From Schizochytrium sp. TIO01 (Eukaryota; Protista; Bigyra: Labyrinthulomycetes), in NCBI GenBank assembly GCA_004764695.1, contig SMSO01000032.1, positions 186,001 to 250,000 of the forward strand: 64,000 bases of DNA, written 5' to 3'. Every line of letters starts with the position of its first letter. Position 1 is the first letter of the stretch. A program made the translations under genes and the position numbers. Positions 21,214 to 32,061 of this stretch are shown piece after piece. Below the pieces are notes generated by a model. The model saw only the letters and a program-made list of their open reading frames with translations. It was not told the DNA's origin and ran no database searches.

Positions 21214-22836
21214 ATGGCAGAAGACTCCAGTTGGCAGGAGGATCAGCGAGCGGTGGCTCTCTTAGTATACGTGCTCGCATGTTTCTTAGCGCTGACGGCT
21301 GCGAGCCTTATTGCGATCGAGATCTTTGAGAGAATTGGAGGAAACGGATCTGGCTATCAGTCATTCAAGCAAGCTAATTCTCAGGAGGTTGCCCTCGAGT
21401 CAAGTACGAATGACCCTTCGGACCAGGAAGTAGGTGACAGGTGCGATTCCCAAAAGGATAAGGAAGACTTTGGCCACAATGATGAACCATCAGATACAGC
21501 AACTGCGCTGAATAATCCCCGCATGACCGATACGAAGTCCAAGACCTCAGAGGAAATTGATGATAGTCATAAAAAGCAACTCAAGATAGCCTCTGTGGGA
21601 AGCTCACGATCGTTAAAAATGGACGAAGAGAGCCTTTCCAAGCATTCCGATGAACAAAGCGAGATTGCCGATCACACAGAAAGAAAACGACGACTCAAGA
21701 GACCAAACTTAAAGCGTATGGCTACAAATCCACGGACACCTCGCCTTATTCGCACATTCACGAAGGGTCTACTTGTGACCTGGGGTTTCTTTGGCATTCT
21801 TGCCTCGGGGATCTTGATAGCGAACTTTCTGCTTTATGTGCACGATAACAACGCCTTGCAATCGGATCTTGTTTCAATTGTAAACGAGTCTTCGGGAGAC
21901 GAAGGAATCGCTCTCTTTGAATCAGATGGCAACATAAGCTCCACAGGATGGCAAATTACGAGTGAGTACTTTTTAATTCCTGGTCCTTTGGTGGAAGAGG
22001 TTGCATCAAAGTTCTTTGTTGAAGCTTCTCAAAATGAATCTTTTGTACTCTATGATATCGACTGGATCGAAGATCGTTGTTCAGATCATACGTGTCTCTC
22101 GCTCAGTGAACTTCTCCCAGATGATGGAAATGTTCCTGAAGAGGCTTACGAAATTATTTTTGTTGCAGGTCCTCAAGGTACGAACCCAAAGCTCATGCTC
22201 TTGCTAGTCATTGCCCTTGCGCTTGATGCACTTACATTTTCTGCGTTTGCAATACTAGTATGTGTGCGCTGGCGCACAATCTCCGTCGACCAGCATCGGA
22301 AGCGAGCCATGCTGTTTGAATCTATGCTTGTAACTATTTCTATTGCGCTTCTTGGTGTGCTGGTGTGGCTCGCACTGGCCTTCCCTGTGCAATACACGTC
22401 TATCGGCTTTCTCTCTCAGGTTGGTGACCGTACTAGCGTCGTCCCGCTCTTGCCCAAGGACGATACTCTTTTTACGATTCCATATGAATATGATTATGTG
22501 GTGGAAGTTGAAACTGAAGATTCTGTTTTATGGTGTCCGGCATTAGCTGTCCGCCTAGTTCTTAGCTCGCAATATGATTTGAGCTTTACGAATGGGACTT
22601 TGAGTGATTGGGTGGAAGGTTTTATCCTTACGGGGGAGCTTACAGATGCAGTCTATGGATGCAAATATGTAGGTGGTGTGCGCCATCGTTCTCTTGTAAG
22701 CAACGCTTCGTATTGGGACGAAGTAATTGATTTTGTTCAAGACCAAGTAGTAAACCAAGGGGTTCTTGTTGACGGCCTTCTCATTGCGATGGACATTCTT
22801 GTGTTGATAGCTACTTACCTATTCATCATACTTTAA
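21214..22836 (+). CDS. Hypothetical 540-aa multi-pass membrane protein
   Basis: About 5 hydrophobic segments (e.g. VALLVYVLACFLALTAASLIAI, LMLLLVIALALDALTFSAFAILVCV); loops with NxS/T sequons. Confidence 0.8.
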   Translation: MAEDSSWQEDQRAVALLVYVLACFLALTAASLIAIEIFERIGGNGSGYQSFKQANSQEVALESSTNDPSDQEVGDRCDSQKDKEDFGHNDEPSDTATALNNPRMTDTKSKTSEEIDDSHKKQLKIASVGSSRSLKMDEESLSKHSDEQSEIADHTERKRRLKRPNLKRMATNPRTPRLIRTFTKGLLVTWGFFGILASGILIANFLLYVHDNNALQSDLVSIVNESSGDEGIALFESDGNISSTGWQITSEYFLIPGPLVEEVASKFFVEASQNESFVLYDIDWIEDRCSDHTCLSLSELLPDDGNVPEEAYEIIFVAGPQGTNPKLMLLLVIALALDALTFSAFAILVCVRWRTISVDQHRKRAMLFESMLVTISIALLGVLVWLALAFPVQYTSIGFLSQVGDRTSVVPLLPKDDTLFTIPYEYDYVVEVETEDSVLWCPALAVRLVLSSQYDLSFTNGTLSDWVEGFILTGELTDAVYGCKYVGGVRHRSLVSNASYWDEVIDFVQDQVVNQGVLVDGLLIAMDILVLIATYLFIIL

Positions 22837-23228
22837 TTGTTCGCTCAGGGTAGTAATTCGAAGAAACATTTCACACTATTTACAGGTTTTCTGGAAGCAA
22901 GCATATGCGTACGCTGTTGAAGTCTAATATTTGGGTTCTCTGTTGCTTTACCATCTGGATTATCTTTTGTACTTAGCACAAGAAACCAAAACTGTTGTGA
23001 GCTTCTCTGTACCTCAAACTATAGCGATTAGAGATTCTCTGAAAGGCAGCTACTTCATTCTGTCTAAAGCTATTCTCGAAATAGGTAAAGTTCTTCAGTT
23101 CATTTTTTCTAAGTTTGATCCTGATAGAGGAAACCATATAATATGATGTATAGATTAGACTCGTTTTAAAAAGTAAGTAGAATAATGAAATAGGAAAGAA
23201 AAATAGAGTTGTCATAGTCTGAGTGCTC

Positions 23229-24824
23229 TTAAGGATCTTGACAGACATCCTTAATAGCTCCAGCAATTTTGACAAGGTGCTCTTCTTCTAGTGCATCACT
23301 ATTGAAGGGGGGCATGGTATACAAGAGCTTGCCAAAAGGACGGAGCCAAACGCCACGTTCTACAAAGGCATGCTGGATACGTGACATATCGGACACTGGG
23401 TCTTTTAGTTCCACGACACCGATTGCGCCTAAAACGCGAACCTGGTTCACTGTAGGCAAATCAGCAATCGGCGCAAGCTCTCGCTTCAAAATACTCGAGG
23501 TTTCTTCTACGCGCTTCTGCCATGGGCTTGCCAAAAGGTGGCTCACCGAGGCCAGGGCTACTGCACTTGCAAGGGGGTTACCCATAAAAGTTGGGCCGTG
23601 CATGAAAACACCTCCTTGGCCAGAGATACCTTCCGAAACGCGTCGGTTGGTAACCGTGGCGCCCATAGTCATGTAACCACCAGTAAGTGCCTTACCTAAA
23701 CACAAAATGTCAGGAACAACGGGAGCAGAAGGCCATTTAGACGCATCGCGATCCGCCATGGGCTCACAACTAGCATAGTCATCACTAGCTGTCATCAAGG
23801 GATCAAAGCTTTCCATGTTATGCTGGCATGCAAAAAGTGCACCTGTACGACCAAAGCCGGTCGCAATTTCATCAAAAATGAGCAAAACATTGTGTTTGTC
23901 ACAAAGTTCCCGAATCGCCTTGAGCGCTACGGGGGAATAAACTCGCATGCCGCCCGCGCCTTGGACAATAGGCTCAAGAATGACTGCTGCGATTTCATCA
24001 CCATGCTCCTCGAGTGTCTTGGAAAGGTCGGCAACACATGTCGCTGCTGCATCTTCGCTGGCGCCTTGCGGAGATGCAACAAAGTGGTGCTCCGAGAGAA
24101 TACCACGAAACATGCTGTGCATTCCATTCACAGGATCACATACACTCATGGCGCCGAAAGTATCACCGTGGTAGCCATTGCGAAGGCTAACAAACTTGGC
24201 TTTCCGTGGTTCGCCAAGAGTATACCAATACTGAACTGCCATCTTCATTGCAACTTCAACAGAGACGGAGCCCGAGTCACAGAGAAAAACTTTATCCAAG
24301 CCCTCAGGGGTAATATCCACAAGTAGCTTGCCAAGAGTAGCTGCCGGTTCATGCGTGAGACCTCCAAACATCACGTGAGACATGCTGTCAACCTGACGCT
24401 TGAGGGCCTCGTCCAGCACCGGGTGTTTGTAACCGTGGACGGCAGCCCACCAGGAGCTCATACCGTCGACAAGCTTGCGTCCATCTTCAAGCTCAAAATG
24501 CACGCCTTCAGCCCTGCGTACAGGGTATGTGGGAAGCGGGTCTGTCATGGATGTGTACGGGTGCAGAACATATTTACGATCCCATGTCAAATATTCGGTT
24601 TCTGCTTGCATCTTCGCATGCTGCTCTTTACTAGTGCTTCCTGGTCTCGCAGAAGAAGTAGATGAAGAAACTGTCGTCGAGAGTAAAGCAGCTCGCTTTA
24701 ACACAGGGCCTTGTTGCCTGAAAGCTGCCATGCTCGCCATCGCGCTCAGCGATGCTCCATGTCTCCCCACCACTCGGCGTCCGGTCTTACCGCAAGCCGC
24801 AGACATTGCTGTTTGGGTTTGCAT
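23229..24824 (-). CDS. bioA: Adenosylmethionine-8-amino-7-oxononanoate (DAPA) aminotransferase, monofunctional, with mitochondrial-type presequence
   Basis: DGMSSWWAAVHGY, HVMFGGLTHEPA, DSGSVSVEVAMKMA, GYHGDTFGAMSVCDP, EPIVQGAGGM, DEIATGFGRTG, PLP lysine in PDILCLGKALTGGY, HGPTFMGNPLA. Confidence 0.96.
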   Translation of the reverse strand: MQTQTAMSAACGKTGRRVVGRHGASLSAMASMAAFRQQGPVLKRAALLSTTVSSSTSSARPGSTSKEQHAKMQAETEYLTWDRKYVLHPYTSMTDPLPTYPVRRAEGVHFELEDGRKLVDGMSSWWAAVHGYKHPVLDEALKRQVDSMSHVMFGGLTHEPAATLGKLLVDITPEGLDKVFLCDSGSVSVEVAMKMAVQYWYTLGEPRKAKFVSLRNGYHGDTFGAMSVCDPVNGMHSMFRGILSEHHFVASPQGASEDAAATCVADLSKTLEEHGDEIAAVILEPIVQGAGGMRVYSPVALKAIRELCDKHNVLLIFDEIATGFGRTGALFACQHNMESFDPLMTASDDYASCEPMADRDASKWPSAPVVPDILCLGKALTGGYMTMGATVTNRRVSEGISGQGGVFMHGPTFMGNPLASAVALASVSHLLASPWQKRVEETSSILKRELAPIADLPTVNQVRVLGAIGVVELKDPVSDMSRIQHAFVERGVWLRPFGKLLYTMPPFNSDALEEEHLVKIAGAIKDVCQDP

Positions 24825-25250
24825 GTTGTTGATACTACCCTATGCCCAGGACCTTTCCCAGAGCTGCAGAAAGTTGTGGATCTACCCAGAAGCTGACGAC
24901 GGCGAAGGAAGCGACGACGACGTTGTTTGTGATTCCCAGGTGACTTGCAAAACCAAGATTACCATAGTACCTAGTTAGTAGTTGCTAACCCGCATATTAG
25001 TAATATTGAGAGTGGCGCTTGCTTACGTATTTGTTGGTTTATTCCTTTCTTCCTAGGAATCAAAAGTTTGTAATACGCACCCAAAGCAGACTAAAGAGCT
25101 TTAAAAGAAAAACAAAAACTCAAAGCCTGGAGCAAAACTTTTAGACAACTTAGGGGGGCGCCTCCCAGTGTATTGAGCAGATTGATGAGGCCAGGTGTGG
25201 AGGTTGGACTCAGTCTTGGCGAATGAAGGCAAGGGCTATTACGATTTAAC

Positions 25251-25273
25251 TTTTTTTTTTTTTTTTTTTTTTT
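25251..25273. repeat. T23 homopolymer
   Basis: Seen directly. Confidence 0.9.
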
Positions 25274-28200
25274 GTCAGAAGAATAAATTTAGTGGGTATA
25301 GATTTAGAGGGAGTGCAAAATTCGATTGAGAACATTTGCAGCCCAAGTTTTTCACAGTTGTTGCATTGACTTGCATATGCAGCATAAGAGATGATCAGTG
25401 GCTTCTTACGGTTTCAAAAGAATAGCATGGCTCTTTCGTTATGAGATACATTGTCTTTCTCCTGTTCTTAAATTTGTTCCTTTCGTTCTTTGATACAATT
25501 CGGTATTTGCTGTGGCTAATATAATTCAGGATGGATCTTGCTCCATAATCAAGCCTGCGAAACATTCCGGTTGACAACCATATAGATACGTGAGCAAAAA
25601 ATGTCATCTTCATCATCTGTCGCCTACTGTATATTGTGCCTATTTATGCCTTTAGACAGCCACGAACCAAAAATGACTATGGTTTAGACATTACGTAAAA
25701 AAAAAATAGCTCTCTGATCAAAGAAAAGTGTCTAGTATGGTCAAAGTCTGATAACTGATGTACGACGAAGACGGCTCTTGTGACGGACTCAATGTATTTG
25801 TTAATAAAGAGTTTAGACGCCACGCCTCAATTCACCAGAGTTGCTATTCTGCGTAGGTAAGCAGTTAGTATCGAGCCCAGCAACCACGAATTCTCATAGC
25901 AATAAATAACCCCAAGGCTTCATGAAACTACGTGTAACATTCAAAGAATTTGAGGTTAGACATTTCTTTTTATTTGTGTCAAAATGTTCAAGTTAATTTT
26001 GATTGATTCTTTTTTTAAATAAATAATCTCAGCCTTTACAAATGAAAGAAACAAAGCAGAGTTCATTCTTGGTTGCATTCACAAACCGCAGCTGTTTAAA
26101 CTGGTGCTAATTTTGATTATGCAATCTCGATTGATTGCTACAGTGCGTACAGAAATCAAAGCAAAGGTTCCCAGAGACAAATGAATTGTACAATGGTACC
26201 GATATTTTCTTTGAGGATGACAGAAGCTGCAATCTATCTGAATGTCTCTTCTAGTTGCACAAAGCATCAAGCTAATCACCAAAGCAAACGCTTTAGGCTT
26301 ACACATGTGACCTCATCTTGTACAATATATCACAATTGAGAGCAAGCTAAGCTTCTATAGCTCTGGTTCTATTGAATTCCCGAAAATTGGTGTCTGCGTA
26401 TCAGGGTTTGCAGGCTTTAAATGCTCATCTTGTGAAGCGTGGCCACCTAGGCTTACTAGTCAGGCTTCTGGGCCGCTGCCACGATGTGAAGGATTTGGAT
26501 ACAACGTCAAGAGTCTCTAAAGATCATCAAAGAAATCCATCTTCCATTAACGAAGTCAGCGTTCAACTGCAGCTGCTGGGCCGCTAGCGTTGTTGGCAAG
26601 CTGAAGAGAAGTAGGGTCCTCGACTGACCAAAGGCCCTTCTGAAACGATCGTAAATGAAAGCAACACACATGTGGAGCATTGAGTACTAGTAGGGGGGGG
26701 GTTGTTCATTAGTATTGCATAGGACCCAACTAGCACTCACTATCACTATTACTTGCGAGATTCTCTCTGGCCTCAGCTCGATTGTGGCCTCAATAGAGTC
26801 AGGAGGTAGTTTTCGAAGTTCGACTCGTTTGGTAACATGCTGGTCTGATAATATCATGTATCATGACAACTTCAAGAATTCGGAGGCCGTGCCAACTAAG
26901 CCCTAAAAGACCCTCTCTATTTTAAGTGCCCTCCTAATCCTTGCCTTGTGGCCGCTTTTCTCGAGGTACCTTGGATTTGTGCACTCTTTCAAGCTCGAAT
27001 TACATTTCATCCTGGAGCGTTTGCAAGTTTTGTTCTATTTGAACTCCTGTTCTTCTCGCCAAGCCTACCGTGCGCTGCCCTAAATTTGTGTAGATCGACT
27101 CTTGCGAGAACTTCGAAGTATCTTTGCAATGCTGATGAAGACCTCAGGTATTCCTTCGGACTTACCGATTATGTTTCTGTCTTTTCACGCGGCGTCCACG
27201 GCCTTCGCTGAGCCCTATACCACCAGTCTTACTGCATGAGAAATCTACAATCATACTATAATTGTATCATACTTTATTTAATCTGCTCTGACTATCACTT
27301 CATCAATCAACGTCCGGTCTCTCTTTCGAGCTCTTCCATGTTGAGTTGAATGATTCCGCGCTTTCTACAGATCCTCGTCGTCGACTCAAAAATAGACTCC
27401 AAACAACTTTAAGCACTCCGTTAACGATGATGAATAAAGCCGCCAGCGCGGTGAAGGGGTGGTGTGCTTAGGACTTTGATAGGACTATTTAGGCCTTGTT
27501 ACCCATTGGTGCACTACAACGAGGGAGGGAGAGAGCGGGCGCGAGCACTTTCAGAGAATCATCATCACCATGAAAATCAAACTAGCACAGAAGTAATTAA
27601 TAACACAATGTGTGAGATTTCTTGGCGCTGGTCATTGCGTACTCCATCTGCTTAGTGGGGATATCAGGAGGATGGGATACCTACCAGGCAGTAAGTACGT
27701 ACCCAACACATTCATCATTCAAAATTAGGCGAGCTCTATAAGCTGAGCGTGCACGACGACGTGCCGTTCTTGGAGTTCTTGGAGGTCTCCTTTTCCTTCC
27801 TAAGTGTCTCTTCCGGCGACTGAATCAAAGCTCTACTGGCAGCTGCTATGAGCTGGCTCAGCGCAGGCTTCGACTTCACCTCGCTGGGTCTCTTCCCTTC
27901 TGCCAAGTCTCTTGTAATTTTCGACACGACGCAACTTGGTGGTTTCTGTTTCCTCGCTTGTCTCGCGAGAACCGCCTCGCTGCTGACTTCTTCGCCTGCT
28001 TCCTTCCTTCCTTCGCTGCCATTCAGGCAGACCGGCCGCTTGCACGATTGGATGGCGACCGTCGCCAAGCCCAAGACCATCAACCCGGATACATACCCAG
28101 CAATCAATGCCGTCTCGCACGTTCACGCCGTCAGTCGGTGGCGAGTAGAGGGTACGTGCAATAAACAACCAGTTCGTCACCAAGAACCTCTCAACAAATG

Positions 28201-29066
28201 ACCCGAGTTCGCGCAGGCGTTCCGTCAGTTCTTCGCGCCCGGAGTTGAGTTTAGCTTGAAGTTGAGCTCGACGTTGAATACAGGTTTGAACTCGAGTTCA
28301 AGTCAGCGAGCGAGCCTTCCACAGGCATTCCGACACTCGCTGTCAACACAGTTCGAAATCAATTCTTCGGACACATCGCACGTCACATCATCGAACCAAA
28401 TGAATGAACGAGCGAACGAACGAACGAATGATCTTGGATCGTGAATCGTGAATCGCAGCAGCACAGCGATGTCTTCTTCACAAGCCCTGCAAAGCTCGCA
28501 CCGGCGGCGACCAAAGCGTCATGATTTCGGTTTTGCAGCCCTTATCAACGCTCGAAACATGGTCTCCCGAAGCGGAAACGAATGAAGAGGAATTGGAGAC
28601 TCCATCTGTAACGACGAATACAGAAAAGTAAGGCACCAACCACAGTCCAAAGGACAGAGTAGCGACTGCTAGGGTTTAGCATAGTAGGCCTCGCCCTGGC
28701 TTTCTTTAGAATTGCTATTTTGAAAAAAACATTTGAACTGAAGAAAATAATAAGAAAAAGTATCAAATTCGGTCGGTACTCAACGACAGCAATCAATCAA
28801 TCATTCATCGTTGGCGAGCTTTTTGTTGACTTTCGAAGAGGCCTTGCTCCAGCGAGGCGGCTCTCGAGGACTGCCTTTGCGGCTGCTGCGAAAGGAGCAA
28901 TGGCGCGTTGGAGTCGCTTGGAATTCGTGACTCGATCGGAGGTCTGGAAAGGAAATAATTCTCTTAGGGACAGAAAGTTCAATAAACCACATTGTAAAGT
29001 TATAGGTTTAAACTTACGGATTTTGAATTCGCTGAAAATGGAGCAAACAAAAGGAAGAAATCACTA

Positions 29067-29074
29067 AAGAAGAA

Positions 29075-29114
<40 letters not shown>
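29067..29114. repeat. (AGA)n/(AGAA)n microsatellite upstream of the EF-hand/RGS gene
   Basis: Seen directly. Confidence 0.9.
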
Positions 29115-29115
<1 letters not shown>

Positions 29116-29301
29116 GACAGAACAGAATTCAAATTGCGAATTCAAAGTCTCTGCGCAGTGCGTTGAGACCTTGGGTTCTCGCTCGAGCTCGTGGTGCCGG
29201 GAGCGTGTTACATCAGTGTCAGTCAAGGCGGTCGCTGGATCGCGTGCTTGGAACTGTCCGTAGGCAAGGGCGGCGGTGGATGCAGAAAAGAGACCGAGGG
29301 C

Positions 29302-32061
29302 ATGGGCTGCATTCTCTCGAAAACAGCGGCCAAGGCGGGAACTGACGGGCGTGATAAGGGTCACGTAGGTTTGCGCAATGTATCGAGAGCTTCAGCGTCC
29401 TCGCTACTGCAAGGGAACCCAGCCCATGGTGGACGTCGTTCCATTTCTCGTACTCAGAAACTCGATGGTAACGGAGATGGTGACGACGACGATTTTCAAA
29501 GTACTGGAAACCTTGAGAAGCTTAAAAGCGACGCCTTGAACGCCTCAAAGAATAATTCTGATGAGGATATTTCTCAGAGCGAGGTGAGCTCGCGCACAGA
29601 GAGCGACCCAGAGTCAGAATCAAGGCATAAACGTCGCTCCAGGTTTTTATCGACCAGTATTGTCAAGAACCAGGCCCGGCAAAGACATGACAGCTCAAAC
29701 TCGCGATCAAAGCACGGGAAAAAGTCAAAGCCGCACGTGCATCATGCCAACGAAGAGAATGACACTTTTGATAGCTTTAGCACTGTCAGAGGCGATGATG
29801 AAGTTCGCACATCGCCGTCAAACTCTGACAATTTTTGGGGAAAAGGCCGCAAGAGTAGCATTTTTAGCGTTAAGGGCAACGGCGATTTTCGATTTCCTAG
29901 GAATTCACCGCATGTTTCACAGGATGACGAGGATGACGACTGTTGTGCAAGAATAATGGCTCGCAAGATGCCAACAACAACACGTTCGCAGACATTCAAG
30001 CTGCGTAAGGAGTGGATTGATGGTGAACAACGTGACACGAGTTACCAGGAGGAAGCTGGTTCTGACAAAAACTTGAAAATTGCGCAGGTTCTTGACAACC
30101 TTAATGCACAGGATGGCTTACTTAGCCGGGACCAGGTTCGTGCTGTTCTTAACCGCGTCATGGGAGGCGTGGATGCGTTGCTGTTTGACAAGATTTTCGC
30201 ACTCTTTGACGTGAATGGTAGTGAACAAGTTGACCGCAAAGACTTTGTCGTGGCCCTGGCTTTCCTGTCACAACAGGGATCTGCTCGCAACGCAGTTGAC
30301 CTCGCATTCAGGTTATTTGACACAGACGCAAACGGAGGTTTAAGTCGCTCTGAATTTAATACCATGATCACAGCGATTATGTCCAACCGCCTGAAGCACG
30401 CCTTGGACACCCCTTATGGACGCGAGGCTTTTCGAACCCACATGGAGACAGAGTGGTCATTAGAGTCGATCCAGTTCTGGGAAATTGTGACTAAATTGTG
30501 TACGTTATACGGTAAAGATCACGAAGAAGGTCACATACAGGATAAAAAGGATAAAGAGGCGGAGGAGGATGGACCCGCGGAGAGCACTGTGCCCTCGACG
30601 CGCTACTCAGATGCTTGCAAACGCAAAAACCTTGTTTGCCTCGATGGCAGGTGCTGTGGTATCCCAGTATCCATGGCTAAACACGTATTTGATCAATATA
30701 TTTCTGAAAACGCACCGGACCAAATCAATATTGCAGGCATCACCCAGCAGGAAATCAAAGATCACCTGAAACGTGCCACTGAGAAAGGAGAACCTACTGT
30801 ACCAGTGCAAGTCTTTCGCCAAGCTGCAGAGGAAATCATGCAGCTGATGGAAATGGACAACTTCGAAAGATTCAGGAGGCGTCTACAGAAGGAGACAGAG
30901 CGTATCCGACATGGGGAGGTGCCCAATATTGATTACGCAGAAACTGCCTGGACAAAACTAGGACTTGAGCACGACGCCCTCATGACCCCGGTACAATTTC
31001 GAGTTTGGGCGAAAGAAAACCCAAGCTATTTTTATTTTTTAGAAGATATTCGCAAGGCCCTTCACCCCTTTTTCGCGAAGCCTTGCTCTCTCATGGAGCA
31101 CTGTGAAAATGATATAGGAACTGGTGAGATCCAAAGTGGCATAGTTGCTCAGGATTATGAAGATCTTCACGACGACGCCCCGCGTCTTGGTAGTTCTGCG
31201 TCATCTGTAAAGGAGCCTTTGAGTGAGGGGTATCCCTTGGTCGAAGCGCGTACGCGACGATTGAGCGAGCAAACACTATGTACAGATCGAACAGAAACTG
31301 CATCCCAAGCCAGTGAAGCTCTTGGAAATAGTGAGAGCAATAGTCTACAGGAAATGCCAGCTTTAGAAAGTCAAACGAGCGAGCGAAGCAATGCATCTAG
31401 CCGTCGTAGTTCTGTTCAGATGCCAAAACGTCTGTATCAACGCTATGGTACCTCACTTGTCTCGGTTCGGACAGGGTATGATAGTGATGGTCGCCAGGTT
31501 CGGGTGTTCACAATTGATTCCTCTGGGGCATTCCAAAGCAACGGTTCATTGCGGGATCTGATTTCATCTTCTCGACAATCTGGCATGATGCCACCTTCTG
31601 TTGCGCCTTCATCTTCTAATCTAGGTCTGGTCGATGAGAAAAGTATTGAGATGTCCACGAGTGAGACGACTCTTAGTCTTGAGGAGGCAGATAGCCTCAC
31701 CACGCACGCTGTGCATACCCTATCAGCACCAGGGTCTCTAATGTGCCCTACAGAGTCTAGCAATAGTGATAGAGAACATTCTTCAGAAAATTGTAAGACG
31801 CATAAACATTGGGGCTATGCGTCCACTCCTCATTTTCACTTCGGTTTTCATCACCAAAATCATCAGCAAGAACAACAAGACCAGTCGAAGACTTCTAATC
31901 AGAAACCATCGTCTAAACAGCAAGGGTCCATGGTTAATGGCAGCAATAGTCAAGGCAGACACAACTACGCATTTTTCTCACTTGGTCATAGGAAGAAGAA
32001 AAAGCAATCTGTGGATGATGCCGCTTCGCCTACATCAAACCATTTAGAGTTCTTTTTGTAA
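29302..32061 (+). CDS. N-acylated EF-hand (NCS/calcineurin-B-like) plus RGS domain protein
   Basis: First ATG gives MGCILSK (myristoyl/palmitoyl consensus). EF loops DVNGSEQVDRKD and DTDANGGLSRSE. RGS signature GREAFRTHMETEWSLESIQFW...FDQYISENAPDQINI...VFRQAAEEIMQLMEMDNFERF. Confidence 0.9.
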   Translation: MGCILSKTAAKAGTDGRDKGHVGLRNVSRASASSLLQGNPAHGGRRSISRTQKLDGNGDGDDDDFQSTGNLEKLKSDALNASKNNSDEDISQSEVSSRTESDPESESRHKRRSRFLSTSIVKNQARQRHDSSNSRSKHGKKSKPHVHHANEENDTFDSFSTVRGDDEVRTSPSNSDNFWGKGRKSSIFSVKGNGDFRFPRNSPHVSQDDEDDDCCARIMARKMPTTTRSQTFKLRKEWIDGEQRDTSYQEEAGSDKNLKIAQVLDNLNAQDGLLSRDQVRAVLNRVMGGVDALLFDKIFALFDVNGSEQVDRKDFVVALAFLSQQGSARNAVDLAFRLFDTDANGGLSRSEFNTMITAIMSNRLKHALDTPYGREAFRTHMETEWSLESIQFWEIVTKLCTLYGKDHEEGHIQDKKDKEAEEDGPAESTVPSTRYSDACKRKNLVCLDGRCCGIPVSMAKHVFDQYISENAPDQINIAGITQQEIKDHLKRATEKGEPTVPVQVFRQAAEEIMQLMEMDNFERFRRRLQKETERIRHGEVPNIDYAETAWTKLGLEHDALMTPVQFRVWAKENPSYFYFLEDIRKALHPFFAKPCSLMEHCENDIGTGEIQSGIVAQDYEDLHDDAPRLGSSASSVKEPLSEGYPLVEARTRRLSEQTLCTDRTETASQASEALGNSESNSLQEMPALESQTSERSNASSRRSSVQMPKRLYQRYGTSLVSVRTGYDSDGRQVRVFTIDSSGAFQSNGSLRDLISSSRQSGMMPPSVAPSSSNLGLVDEKSIEMSTSETTLSLEEADSLTTHAVHTLSAPGSLMCPTESSNSDREHSSENCKTHKHWGYASTPHFHFGFHHQNHQQEQQDQSKTSNQKPSSKQQGSMVNGSNSQGRHNYAFFSLGHRKKKKQSVDDAASPTSNHLEFFL

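Noticed and set aside
25251-25273. T23 as a retroelement poly(A) tail
   Set aside because: No target-site duplication, polyadenylation signal or RT similarity; homopolymers are common here.
29191-29301. GTG-initiated N-terminal extension of the EF-hand/RGS ORF (likewise the non-ATG starts at 13892, 55146 and 60116)
   Set aside because: Eukaryotic context; the first ATG is more plausible and at 29302 exposes the MGC acylation motif.
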